From contig CAWFPG010000009.1 of the NCBI GenBank assembly GCA_963817715.1, forward strand, positions 117,574 through 181,573: DNA of 64,000 bases. The letters run 5' to 3'. Within the stretch, counting starts at the first letter, position 1; each line of letters starts with the position of its first letter. The position numbers and the translations under genes were made by a program. This document shows positions 49,453-58,505 of this stretch, in pieces. The DNA comes from an uncultured Gemmatimonadales bacterium (GTDB lineage: Bacteria > Gemmatimonadota > Gemmatimonadetes > Gemmatimonadales > GWC2-71-9). Below the pieces are notes generated by a model. The model saw only the letters and a program-made list of their open reading frames with translations, had not been told where the DNA came from and ran no database searches.

Positions 49453-52400
49453 TCAAGGTTCAGGGAAGCCGGCGTCGTGCAGCACTCGCTGCACGTCGTT
49501 CCAGCGATTGGGGGCGAGCCGGCGGAGCGCCTGCTCGGTCTGGTCGGTCCACGCCTCGCCGCTCCCCTCGATGGTGCGGCGGCTGATTGTCACGAACGCG
49601 TCGCTGAATCGCTCGGCGTCGAGGCCTTCCTCGGCGGACCAGAGGGCCCACTGGCGGATCGCGTGGAAGTACTGCTCCGGGTCGCTGTCGGGATGCAGCC
49701 CGCCGGCGTCGCGCACCCGCGTGGCAGCATCGAGGATCCCGGTGTAGCGCTCGAACGGGGCGGCCACGTTGCCGCCGACGATCCGGAGCAGCGTGCCGGC
49801 GGCCGGTGGCAACCGGACCATCTCCAGGCAGTACATGTCGAGCACCAGCGGGGAGCCCCCCGCGGCCACGTAGCGCTGCAGCAGGCCGGTCACCCGTGAC
49901 TGGATCGCCGGGGTGATCGCCACCGGCTCGACCACCACGGCGTGCGTGGGCAGCCGGAGCGGCTGGCCGCTGCGGTTGATCGCGAAGAGCTGACCCACCG
50001 GTCCGGTGGAGCCGCCGGTGGCCAGGATGTAGGTCTCGATGGGCGGTCGGCCGGGACCGGCGACCTCGCTCAGCACCAGTCGCAGCGAATCGAGCAGGAT
50101 CGCCGCACTTGGGCCGGCAGGCGGCCCCGCCGCCGAGGTCGGCGCCACAGTGGCGCCGCCGAGCAGGGCGAACTGGGCCTGGCCAGCCGGATCGCGGGGG
50201 GCGGTCGCGATGTCTTCCGGCGTGGCCGGGTCGCCGAGGGCCACCTTGTCGTCCTCGCGCTTCCCGCCGCAGTCGAGCACCTCGAACGGCATCTCGACCT
50301 GCGCATGCTTGTCGCGCGGTCGTTCCTCGACCAGGAGCCGCAGCGTGTAGTGCCCCGGCTTCGGCGGGGCGTTCATGTCGCCGATCCAGATCGCGCCACT
50401 GCTGTTGCGGAAGGTGACCTCCGCGCCCGTCTCGACGATGATCCCCTTGACGTCGAGGGTGTCGCCCTCGGGATCACGGGTGATGAGGCCGGCGCGGAAG
50501 TGGTCGTTGGGGCAGAGGCCCTTGGGGGGCGCGAGGAGGATTCTTGTGGGATCGTCGGCTGCACGGACGCTGTCGGCATCGAGGAGGTAGCCGTGGCCAC
50601 CGATCACCGGTGCCTCGTTGCCGACGTGGAGCACCCCCTTGCCGATGCCCAGATGCGAGGGGTCCTTCACCTCGATCGGGATCGGGTACACGCCACCGCG
50701 CTTCTGCTGGTCGAACGGCATCGCCAGCTCGTACTCGATCCAGGCCGAGTCGTGCGCCACCTCCTTCAGGCCGCTGCCGATCCCATAGATCCCACCACCG
50801 GTCGCCGCCTGTCGCGCATCGACACTGACGGCAGTGATGTCGTGGTAGGTGTTCGCGTCGCGCACCCGGAGCCGGACCTGGATCTGCGCGTTGCCGTTCT
50901 GGTGCACGAATTCGGGCGAGACCGTCACCCGCTCCACCGTCGGGGCGACGTTCTCCACGGTGGCTTCGATGGTGCCGCTGGTCTGCCGCCCCTGATCGTC
51001 GGCCGCCCTGATGCCGACATCGAAGACACCTGAGGGGTGCGGATCGTGCACCCGTGACTGGGCGCCATCGAAGTCGAACCGCAGCATGCCGGACGCCGGA
51101 TCCCTGTCGGCAAGGCGCGCATTCGCCACGTTGCCGAAGGGCGGGGTCGAATTCAGGCCGGCGGGATGGCTCAGGGCGATCGTCTTTGGATCGACCTCGC
51201 CGGGGTTGCTGGCGTCGGCATTTCGGTCCGTCACGAACAGGCGGGCACCCCGCAGGTTGAGGACGCCACCCGGGGGGGCCGACAGCTTGTCAGGAACGGT
51301 CGCCATGAAGGTCGGTGTCACATTGAGGACCGTGACCTTGCCCCTGGCCGTGCCGGTCAGCCGGCCGGTCGAATTGTTGGTGGTGAGCACGGCGTTGAAG
51401 TCGTAGTCGCGATCGGCGCGGATCTTGGCGGCCGTGAAGTTGAACGTGGCCGTGGCGCCGGCAAGGACCGCCATCGGCTCGCCGACGCCCGCCTCCTCGA
51501 CCGGCGCCACCCCGTTGACCTTGGCGGCCTGGAGCGGGAACGGCACCTTGAGCTGGCTGAATGCCTGGGCCACCACGGCACCGGCAGCGCCGGGCTCCAC
51601 CGCCGGATTCGTCGCCGTCACGTTCGAGATCGCATCCTGCGGCGCCGGGCCGCAGGTCACGGTGAGCACACCGCGGTAGGCGCCGCCCTTGAACTCCCAC
51701 CACACGATCAGGAAGTGGGTGCAATCGTCGTTGGCGTTGTAGGCCGAGACCTGGATCGTCTGGGTGCTCGGCTGCTGCTCGACCAGGGCCTTGGTCACGT
51801 CGCCGGCGATCTGCTTGAGCAGCGGCTTGAGTGCCTGCTTGAGCCTGGGACCGCCGACGGTCTGCGCCAGCGTGCCGGCGTGCCCCTGGAGGTAGCTGAC
51901 CATGTCGGTCAGCAGCCCGTCGACAATCAACCCGGGATCGCGCCCCTCCACGTACGACTGCATCATCAGCTTCACCGCCTGCTGGGCGATCCACTTGGCA
52001 CCCTTGTCGGTGAAGTACCCCGCCGGGTTGGCATACCGCGAGATCAGGTCGGACGCGATCGCCGCCACCGTCTGCCGGAACCCGGCCAGCAACGCCTGCT
52101 GCTGGATGCCGATCGTCATGTTGCCGAAGTCACGGTAGGGCCAGCTGAACTGACTCCGCTGGCTCGCCTGGTACCGTACCTTGGCCGACGAGTAGAGCTC
52201 GGTCGCAACGTGGTAGAGGAGCGGGGTGGCGTTGCGCGACGGCTCGACCTTGAGGGTGCCCATCGGCTTGTCGCACTGACGGGCCGCGATGGACTGGGTC
52301 GGCGCCCAGTTGATCGGGTCCCAGGCTGGCCCCGAGGCCTTCCGGAAATTGACCACCGGAACCGGGCCGCTGGTGTTGACGGCGAGGCGATACGTCCCGT

Positions 52401-52539
52401 GGCCCGCCAGGATGACCCGACAGCCCGGCGCCCCCGGGGGGGAGGCGGGCGACACGATCCGCCGGGCCGGGCCGGCACCGAGGGCCAGACCGGAAAGCCC
52501 GAGCAGCGCCCCGTACCTGGCGGTGCGGCGGTGGAACAC
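49453..52539 (-). CDS. large secreted multidomain protein, 1028 aa (cadherin/Ig-like repeats, unknown N- and C-terminal domains)
   Basis: GTG 52539 (MFHRRTARYGALLGLSGLALGAG). Recurrent N(V/E)(A/T)P(T/V) repeat boundaries: VLNVTPTF, VENVAPTV, VGNEAPVI. The C-terminal domain carries YCLE...RQWALW. Confidence 0.7.
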   Translation of the reverse strand: MFHRRTARYGALLGLSGLALGAGPARRIVSPASPPGAPGCRVILAGHGTYRLAVNTSGPVPVVNFRKASGPAWDPINWAPTQSIAARQCDKPMGTLKVEPSRNATPLLYHVATELYSSAKVRYQASQRSQFSWPYRDFGNMTIGIQQQALLAGFRQTVAAIASDLISRYANPAGYFTDKGAKWIAQQAVKLMMQSYVEGRDPGLIVDGLLTDMVSYLQGHAGTLAQTVGGPRLKQALKPLLKQIAGDVTKALVEQQPSTQTIQVSAYNANDDCTHFLIVWWEFKGGAYRGVLTVTCGPAPQDAISNVTATNPAVEPGAAGAVVAQAFSQLKVPFPLQAAKVNGVAPVEEAGVGEPMAVLAGATATFNFTAAKIRADRDYDFNAVLTTNNSTGRLTGTARGKVTVLNVTPTFMATVPDKLSAPPGGVLNLRGARLFVTDRNADASNPGEVDPKTIALSHPAGLNSTPPFGNVANARLADRDPASGMLRFDFDGAQSRVHDPHPSGVFDVGIRAADDQGRQTSGTIEATVENVAPTVERVTVSPEFVHQNGNAQIQVRLRVRDANTYHDITAVSVDARQAATGGGIYGIGSGLKEVAHDSAWIEYELAMPFDQQKRGGVYPIPIEVKDPSHLGIGKGVLHVGNEAPVIGGHGYLLDADSVRAADDPTRILLAPPKGLCPNDHFRAGLITRDPEGDTLDVKGIIVETGAEVTFRNSSGAIWIGDMNAPPKPGHYTLRLLVEERPRDKHAQVEMPFEVLDCGGKREDDKVALGDPATPEDIATAPRDPAGQAQFALLGGATVAPTSAAGPPAGPSAAILLDSLRLVLSEVAGPGRPPIETYILATGGSTGPVGQLFAINRSGQPLRLPTHAVVVEPVAITPAIQSRVTGLLQRYVAAGGSPLVLDMYCLEMVRLPPAAGTLLRIVGGNVAAPFERYTGILDAATRVRDAGGLHPDSDPEQYFHAIRQWALWSAEEGLDAERFSDAFVTISRRTIEGSGEAWTDQTEQALRRLAPNRWNDVQRVLHDAGFPEP

Positions 52540-52692
52540 CGGGTCCTCCGTGGGAATCGCCCCCGAACGGGGGCCTCAGGAAGTAACGCGACAAACGACC
52601 GGCGATTCGGCCAGATCGACCGCCGGTCGGCTGGCGGGAGCCGCGGGTCGGGCTAGACTAGGAGAGGGATCCCGCTCGCCTCCGAGGAAGCC

Positions 52693-53295
52693 GTGACCGA
52701 CCCATCGACCGAACCGGCCCCACACCAGATCACCGGCCTGCTGCGCCAGGCAGCCGCCGGCCGCCGGGACGCGCTCGATGAGCTGATGCCGCTGGTGTAC
52801 GACGAGCTCTCGGGGATGGCCCGGGCCCGGCTCCGGCACGAGGCCCCCGGCCACACCCTGGAGACCGCCGGCCTGGTCCATGAGGCCTGGCTGCGGCTGA
52901 TCGACCAGCACCGGGCCAACTGGCAGGACCGCCAGCACTTCTTCGCCGTGGCCTCCGAGGCGATGCGACGCATCCTCGTCGACCACGCCAAGCGTCGTCG
53001 CGCGGCCAAGCGCGGCGGGGGAGCGGCTCACCTGCCGCTCGACGCCGCCGACCGGATTGGACGGGCGTTCGGGCCGGGCCACGATCCCGACGACACCGTG
53101 GTGGCACTCGACGATGCGCTCGACCGACTCGCCGCCTTCAATGCCGACGGTGCCCGAGTGGTGCAGTACCGCTTCTTCGCGGGTCTGTCGAATGGCGAGG
53201 TGGCCGAGTTGCTGGGGACCAGCGAGCGCACCGTGCGGAGGGCGTGGACCGCGGCGCGAGCCTGGCTCCGTCGTGAGCTCGTCACGGCGCGGTAA
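52693..53295 (+). CDS. ECF-type RNA polymerase sigma factor (kinase-associated ECF43-like group)
   Basis: 200 aa. ITGLLRQAAAGRRDALDELMPLVYDELSGMARARLRHEAPGHTLETAGLVHEAWLRL..ANWQDRQHFFAVASEAMRRILVDHAKRRRAAKRGG and the region 4 sequence ERTVRRAWTAARAWL are diagnostic of this ECF family. The stop overlaps the kinase ATG (TAATG). Confidence 0.85.
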   Translation: MTDPSTEPAPHQITGLLRQAAAGRRDALDELMPLVYDELSGMARARLRHEAPGHTLETAGLVHEAWLRLIDQHRANWQDRQHFFAVASEAMRRILVDHAKRRRAAKRGGGAAHLPLDAADRIGRAFGPGHDPDDTVVALDDALDRLAAFNADGARVVQYRFFAGLSNGEVAELLGTSERTVRRAWTAARAWLRRELVTAR

Positions 53296-55952
53296 TGGAT
53301 CAGGTGCGCTGGGCCCGGATCGAGGCGCTCTGCGAGGCGGCGCTCGAGCAGCCATCCGGCGAACGAGAGGGCTGGCTCGCCGCGGCATGCGGGGACGACG
53401 CGCTGCTGCTGGCCGAGGTCACCTCACTACTGGAGCAGCTTCGCGCCGACCCCGATTTCCTCGAGCGGCCGGCCGTCGACCTGGGCAGGGCGTCATTGGC
53501 AGCGCCCGGCGGCGGCACACTGCCGACGGCAATCGATCGGTGGCAGATCGTGCGACGGCTCGGTCGCGGCGGGATGGGCGAGGTTTTTCTCGGTGAGTGC
53601 AACGGCGACCAGGTGGCGATCAAGGTCCTGCGCGACGACATCGACTCGGCCGAGATTGTCCGGCGCTTCGCCCTTGAGCAACGGATCCTTGCCACCCTGC
53701 AGCATCCCAACATCGCCAGACTCCTGGAGGCCACGCTCACGGCCGATGGCCGGCCCTGCGTGGTCCTCGAGTACGTGGCCGGGGTGCCGATCACCGCCCA
53801 CGCCGACCTGCGCCGCCTCTCGCTGCGCGACCGCATGGCGCTCGTGATCGCGGTGTGCGGTGCGGTCGAGCACGCCCATCGCAGTCTCGTGGTCCATCGC
53901 GACATCAAGCCCGCCAACATCCTGGTGACCGACGACGGCACGCCGGTGCTGCTCGACTTCGGCATCGGGAAGGTCCTCGACCGGACCGGGATGATGGGCT
54001 CGGTGATCGAGACCAGCGGCACCGACCGCTTGCTGACCCTCGACTATGCCGCACCGGAACAGTTGCGGGGCGAGGTCGTGACCACCGCCACCGACGTGCA
54101 TGCACTTGGCGTGCTCCTGCACGAGCTGCTCACCGGGCTCCATCCCTTCCGGCACGTGGGATCGACTCCGGGCCAGGTCGAGCACGCGATTCTTGAGCAG
54201 GAGCCCGATCGACCGAGCGCGGTGGTCCGCGTGGCCCCGGCGAGCGGCCCGGTCGCCGAGGGCGACGCCCGAGCTCGCGCGGAAGCGCGCGGGTTCGGCA
54301 GCGCCGAGGCGCTCGGCCGTCGCCTCGGCGGCGACATCGACAACATCGTGCTCATGGCGCTCCGCAAGGAGCCGGAGCGACGCTATCCCTCGGTCGCGGC
54401 ACTGGCGGAAGACCTGCGCCGTCACCTCGGGGGCCGGCCGGTTCGCGCCCGGCCGGACACGCTCGGCTACCGCGCCCGCAAGTTCGTGCGCCGCAACGCC
54501 GGGTCGGTCGCAACGGCCACACTCGCGGTGCTGGCGCTGCTGGCCACCACGGGGGCGGCGCTGCGGGCATCGCGCCGTGCCACGCACAACGCCGCCGCAA
54601 CCGAGGCCGAGCGAGACGAGGCAGTTGCGGTCCGCGGTTTCCTGATGGAGATGTTCGGCGCGACGGGTGGCGGCCAGCGGGTCGGCCAGTCGGAAACGGT
54701 GCGGCAGCTGCTCGATCGCCAGGCCGCGCGCATCGACAGTGCGCACGGCGACGACCCGCTTCTGGCGGCGCGCCTCGACGAGGTCGTGGCCGACGCCTAC
54801 GACCGGCTCGGGCTCCCCGATCAGGCGGTGCCGCTCGCCGAGCGCGCACTGGCGCTGCGACGGGCGAACCAGCCGGAGAGCGATCCCCGGGTGACGGGGG
54901 CTGAGAACCTGCTCGGCTGGGTCCTGCACCAGAGCGGGCATGGCGACGAGGCCGAGTCGCACCTGCGCGTTGCCGCAACGCTCGCCCGGACCCACGGCGA
55001 TTCCGGCGCCCTGGCCCATGCACTCAACGATTTGGGGGTGCTGTACAACGCCGCGGGTCGCTATGCCGAGGCCGACTCGACCCTCACCGAGGCGCTGGCG
55101 CTGCGACGCGCCGTCGACGGCGATGGCAACCTCGGCGTGGGGATCACCGCCAACAACCTCGCGGCCGCGTTCTACTATCAGGCCAGGTACGGCGAGGCGG
55201 TTGCCACCCAGCAGGTGGCGCTCGGCGCGCTGCGTGCCAGTGTGGGGAAGGACCACCAGCGCACGGTGATCGCCCGCAGCAACCTGGCCGCGTTCCGGAT
55301 GGCCGACGGCGACTTCATCAGCGCCGAGCGCGACTACCGCGAACTGCTCGCGCAGCAGACCCGCCTGCAGGGCCCCGAGCATCCGGTCACCCGTCGGGTG
55401 GTGCTGGCGCTGACCGCTGCCCTGATCGGGCGGCAGGATGCCGGTCGGCCGGAGGCGCTCCGCGAGGCGGACTCCCTGCTCACCGCCCTGATGGCAATCG
55501 AGGAACGCACCAACGCGACACCGGCCGATCGAGGCTCCACCTTCGACCGCCTTGCCGGGGTGCGATTGGCGCGAGACGACGCCACGAGTGCCCTCGACCT
55601 CGCCCGTCGGGCGGTCGCGACGCTCACCCTGGCGCACGGCCCGCGACATCCCGACGTGGCATCGGCCAGCGGTCGACTCGCGTTGATCGAAGCACGACTC
55701 GGCGACACCCAGTCGGCCATGCGCCACGCGCGCGAGGGGCTGGCCACGCTGGTCGATCGCCTCGGCAGCGATCATCCCGAGACGGCGCGCGGACGCGGCC
55801 GGCTGTGTCGAGTCATGGTTGCGGTCGGGTCGGATTCCGCGAACGCCGCCGACACCTGTGCGGCGGCGATGGCCGGGCTCGAGAATGCGCCCGCCGGCTA
55901 TCGCGGCGAGCTGGCGGAGGTGCGGCGGGTATCAGGCCGCCGAGGGGGATGA
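53295..55952 (+). CDS. Ser/Thr protein kinase with one TM and C-terminal TPR repeats, 885 aa
   Basis: Hanks-type kinase motifs (GRGGMGEVF, VAIKVL, HRDIKPANILV, DFGIGK, APEQ), TM segment AGSVATATLAVLALLATTGAAL, then multiple TPR-like repeats. The last 8 codons lie in repeat 55927-56107. Confidence 0.9.
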   Translation: MDQVRWARIEALCEAALEQPSGEREGWLAAACGDDALLLAEVTSLLEQLRADPDFLERPAVDLGRASLAAPGGGTLPTAIDRWQIVRRLGRGGMGEVFLGECNGDQVAIKVLRDDIDSAEIVRRFALEQRILATLQHPNIARLLEATLTADGRPCVVLEYVAGVPITAHADLRRLSLRDRMALVIAVCGAVEHAHRSLVVHRDIKPANILVTDDGTPVLLDFGIGKVLDRTGMMGSVIETSGTDRLLTLDYAAPEQLRGEVVTTATDVHALGVLLHELLTGLHPFRHVGSTPGQVEHAILEQEPDRPSAVVRVAPASGPVAEGDARARAEARGFGSAEALGRRLGGDIDNIVLMALRKEPERRYPSVAALAEDLRRHLGGRPVRARPDTLGYRARKFVRRNAGSVATATLAVLALLATTGAALRASRRATHNAAATEAERDEAVAVRGFLMEMFGATGGGQRVGQSETVRQLLDRQAARIDSAHGDDPLLAARLDEVVADAYDRLGLPDQAVPLAERALALRRANQPESDPRVTGAENLLGWVLHQSGHGDEAESHLRVAATLARTHGDSGALAHALNDLGVLYNAAGRYAEADSTLTEALALRRAVDGDGNLGVGITANNLAAAFYYQARYGEAVATQQVALGALRASVGKDHQRTVIARSNLAAFRMADGDFISAERDYRELLAQQTRLQGPEHPVTRRVVLALTAALIGRQDAGRPEALREADSLLTALMAIEERTNATPADRGSTFDRLAGVRLARDDATSALDLARRAVATLTLAHGPRHPDVASASGRLALIEARLGDTQSAMRHAREGLATLVDRLGSDHPETARGRGRLCRVMVAVGSDSANAADTCAAAMAGLENAPAGYRGELAEVRRVSGRRGG

Positions 55953-56107
55953 CAGGCTGGTGAAGGGTGGAAGGGTGTCGGATCGTGCTCCCCATTCACC
56001 ATTCACGATTCAGGGTATCAGGCCGCCGAGGGGGATGACAAGCTGGTGAAGGGTGAAGGGGTGTCGGATCGTGCTCCCCATTCACCATTCACGATTCACC
56101 ATTCACC
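55927..56107. repeat. 86-bp tandem duplication, each unit containing a heptamer-arm hairpin (GGTGAAG vs ATTCACC)
   Basis: Unit 1 is 55927-56012 and unit 2 starts at 56013; the period is 86 nt with few differences. Each unit reads ggtgaag ggtg(g/a)aag gg(g)tg - tcggatcgtgc - tcccc attcacc attcacg attca(cc attcacc). Located between convergent genes. Confidence 0.9.
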
Positions 56108-56121
56108 CGCACCCACACCCC

Positions 56122-57195
56122 TCACTCCGCACCGACGACGGCGCCACGACGATGCGTGGCGTGCGCCTCCTGCAGCGCGTCGAGCAGCGGTGCGGCGTCG
56201 AATCGTACCGGGTCGGTGGCCGGCAGTCCGGTCTCCTCACTGGCCTTGCGGCACGCCTCGCGCGCCTCGTCGTCCGGGAGGTCGAAGGTGTTGAGCGCGA
56301 TGCCCACCACCTTCGAGGGATGGACCAGGTTGGCCATCGTCTCGTACAGCCGCACATACTCCGCCAGCGGCGGCAGCGCCAGCCAGCTCGCCTTGCGGTA
56401 GTCGCCGATGTACTTGCGGCTGGCCTGGTGGCAGAGGATCATCGCGTCGGGGCAGCTGCCATGCAGCAGGCCGAGGGTCACCCCGGAGTAGCCCGGATGG
56501 TTGATGCTCCCCTGCCCCTCCACCAGCACCACGTCGGCACCCTCGGCGCCCTTGCAGGTGATCACCTCGGCGGCGCCGCCGATGAAGTCGGCCACCACCG
56601 CGTCGACGCCGATGCCCCATCCCTCGACCATGATCCCGGTCTGGCCGGTGGCCACGAAGTTGGTGCGCAGGCCGCGAGCCCGGAGCCCGCGCACCAGCTG
56701 CAGCTGGGCGGTCATCTTGCCGACGTTGCAGTCGGTGCCGACCGTGAGCACCACCAGCGCGTCGAGGTCGCGCGCCTTGCCGCTGGAGACCGGCAGTCCC
56801 CGCGGCGGCCGTCGGATGTCGGTGATGGTGCGGCCGGTGCGGGTCGCGGCGGCGGCGAGATCGGGGTCGTCGCCGAGGAAGGTGTGCAGCCCCGAGACGA
56901 TGTCGCAGCCGCCTTCGAGTGACTCGAGCAGCCACGCGTGCCAGGTGTCGGGGAGGCCGCCACCCACCGGGGCGATCCCGATCAGCACCGAGTTGGCGCC
57001 AAGCGCCAGCCCCTCGGCCATGGTGGCGACGACGGGAATCCCCCCGCCGTAGCCCAGGACGTCCTGCACGGTCTTGCCGGCCTGGGTGCTGTCGAGCACC
57101 GCCACCACTGCGTCGGGCTGGTAGCGGATGACCGAGTTGGCGGTCTTGGAGAGCAGCGGCGTGAAGTCGCCGTCGGCGAGAATGAGATGGCGCAT
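56122..57195 (-). CDS. DUF1611-family protein (P-loop-like, DgcN-type putative N-acetyltransferase)
   Basis: 357 aa from ATG 57195 (MRHLILADGDFTPLLSKTANSVIRY..VLTVGTDCNVGKMT..VLVEGQGSINHPGYSGVTLGLLHG). The family assignment is from memory of conserved blocks. Confidence 0.6.
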   Translation of the reverse strand: MRHLILADGDFTPLLSKTANSVIRYQPDAVVAVLDSTQAGKTVQDVLGYGGGIPVVATMAEGLALGANSVLIGIAPVGGGLPDTWHAWLLESLEGGCDIVSGLHTFLGDDPDLAAAATRTGRTITDIRRPPRGLPVSSGKARDLDALVVLTVGTDCNVGKMTAQLQLVRGLRARGLRTNFVATGQTGIMVEGWGIGVDAVVADFIGGAAEVITCKGAEGADVVLVEGQGSINHPGYSGVTLGLLHGSCPDAMILCHQASRKYIGDYRKASWLALPPLAEYVRLYETMANLVHPSKVVGIALNTFDLPDDEAREACRKASEETGLPATDPVRFDAAPLLDALQEAHATHRRGAVVGAE

Positions 57196-57260
57196 CGCGT
57201 CTCGCGGTGCGCCATCCTGCTGCGACGTCGCTCGCGGCGTCGACGAGGAATCGTGGTTCG

Positions 57261-58028
57261 TCACCCCTGGTCGTTCTCCTCGACCACTTCGGCCTCGCTC
57301 TCGTCGCCGTCCTTGGCGCCACCGATCTGCTTGGGCGGGCCCTCCTGCCCCGCACCGAGCACGCCCATCTTCTGCTTCAGCTCGAGCAGCTGCTGATCGG
57401 CGTTGCCGTGGAACTCGAGTTGCTCGAATTCGCGGCTCAGGTTGTCGCCGCTGAACTCCTCCTGCAGCTCGGCCGCGGCCAGCGCCTTGCGCTCGTTGGC
57501 CTCGATCCGCTCCTGCATCCGGTCGAACGACTCGAAGGCGCTCTTGTCGCCCATCCCCGCCAGCGTCTCCTGGATCTTCTGCTGCGCCTCGGCCCGTCGG
57601 GCCCGGGCGATGAGGATGTTCTTCTTGCGCTTCGCCTCCTCGATCTTCTCGTTGAGCTGGCGCAGCGAGTGCTTGAGCGCCTCCGTCTCCTGCTTGCTCT
57701 TGACCCATGTCTCGTGCAGCGCCTGGGCGCCCTGGAGCGCCTCGTTGTAGCGCATCAGCGCCTGCTTGGCGAGGTCGTCGCGCCCCTCCTGCACCGCCAG
57801 CATCGCCCGGCGTTCCCAGTCCTCGGCCTGCTTCTTCTGGGCCGCCGCGTCGGCCGCGAGCTTCTTCTCGTCGGCGATCGCCTGGGCGACCTGCTGGCGT
57901 GCCTTGTCGAGCTGGCTCCGCATGTCGGTGATCAGCTGCACCAGCATCTTCTCGGGATTCTCGGCCCGGGAGATGAGGTCGTTGATGTTGCTGCGCAGCA
58001 TCGTCGCGAAACGGTCAAAGATGCCCAT
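57261..58028 (-). CDS. pspA: PspA/IM30 family protein
   Basis: 255 aa: MGIFDRFATMLRSNINDLISRAENPEKMLVQLITDMRSQL, followed by a long coiled coil. Confidence 0.9.
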   Translation of the reverse strand: MGIFDRFATMLRSNINDLISRAENPEKMLVQLITDMRSQLDKARQQVAQAIADEKKLAADAAAQKKQAEDWERRAMLAVQEGRDDLAKQALMRYNEALQGAQALHETWVKSKQETEALKHSLRQLNEKIEEAKRKKNILIARARRAEAQQKIQETLAGMGDKSAFESFDRMQERIEANERKALAAAELQEEFSGDNLSREFEQLEFHGNADQQLLELKQKMGVLGAGQEGPPKQIGGAKDGDESEAEVVEENDQG

Positions 58029-58034
58029 GGTCGT

Positions 58035-58505
58035 TCACCCCTCCCCGAACGGCGCGAGGCTGCCGGCGTGTGACGCGAGTGCAAGGCTGAGCGAGTCGAC
58101 GCTCCCCTCGAACTCGGAGTAGTCCAGGTTGGCGAGTTCCAGCGTGTCCGTGAGGACCACGTGGTCGCCCTCGACGCCGTACGACCCGTGCACCAGGTCG
58201 CGGGCGTTGTATTCCAGCAGCTTGCGGCAGAGCTCTCCGGCACGCGCCGGGTCGGCGGGCAGCTGCAGGACGCGCACCCGCAGCACCAGCACTGGCGGAG
58301 CGTAGTTCACGGCCAGCTCGGCACCGTCCGCGATGCGGACCAGCCAGATGTCCTCGGCCACCGATTCGACCGGCGCTTCGAGCCGGTCGAGCCAGGCCTG
58401 CACGTCCTCGCGAGTGGTCATCGTCGCTCCTTCTGACCCGGCCCAGCCGGGTATCCATTCGGGAAACGTAGCGGCCCCCGGAAGCGGGGCCAACGACTGC
58501 GTCAT
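58035..58505 (-). CDS. YbjN / type III secretion chaperone-like domain protein
   Basis: 156 aa. ATG 58505 overlaps the upstream stop (ATGA). The alpha/beta pattern ..WLVRIADGAELAVNYAPPVLVLRVRVL..LLEYNARDLVHGSYGVEGDHVVLTDTLEL..FEGSVDSLSLAL fits the YbjN/CesT-like fold. Inferred only. Confidence 0.5.
   Translation of the reverse strand: MTQSLAPLPGAATFPEWIPGWAGSEGATMTTREDVQAWLDRLEAPVESVAEDIWLVRIADGAELAVNYAPPVLVLRVRVLQLPADPARAGELCRKLLEYNARDLVHGSYGVEGDHVVLTDTLELANLDYSEFEGSVDSLSLALASHAGSLAPFGEG

Noticed and set aside
57196-57708. N-terminal 171 codons of ORF 56122..57708, which would make a 528-aa protein overlapping pspA.
   Set aside because: This part is Arg/Gly/Ala-rich shadow sequence overlapping the well-supported pspA gene in another frame. 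The DUF1611 homology starts at ATG 57195.
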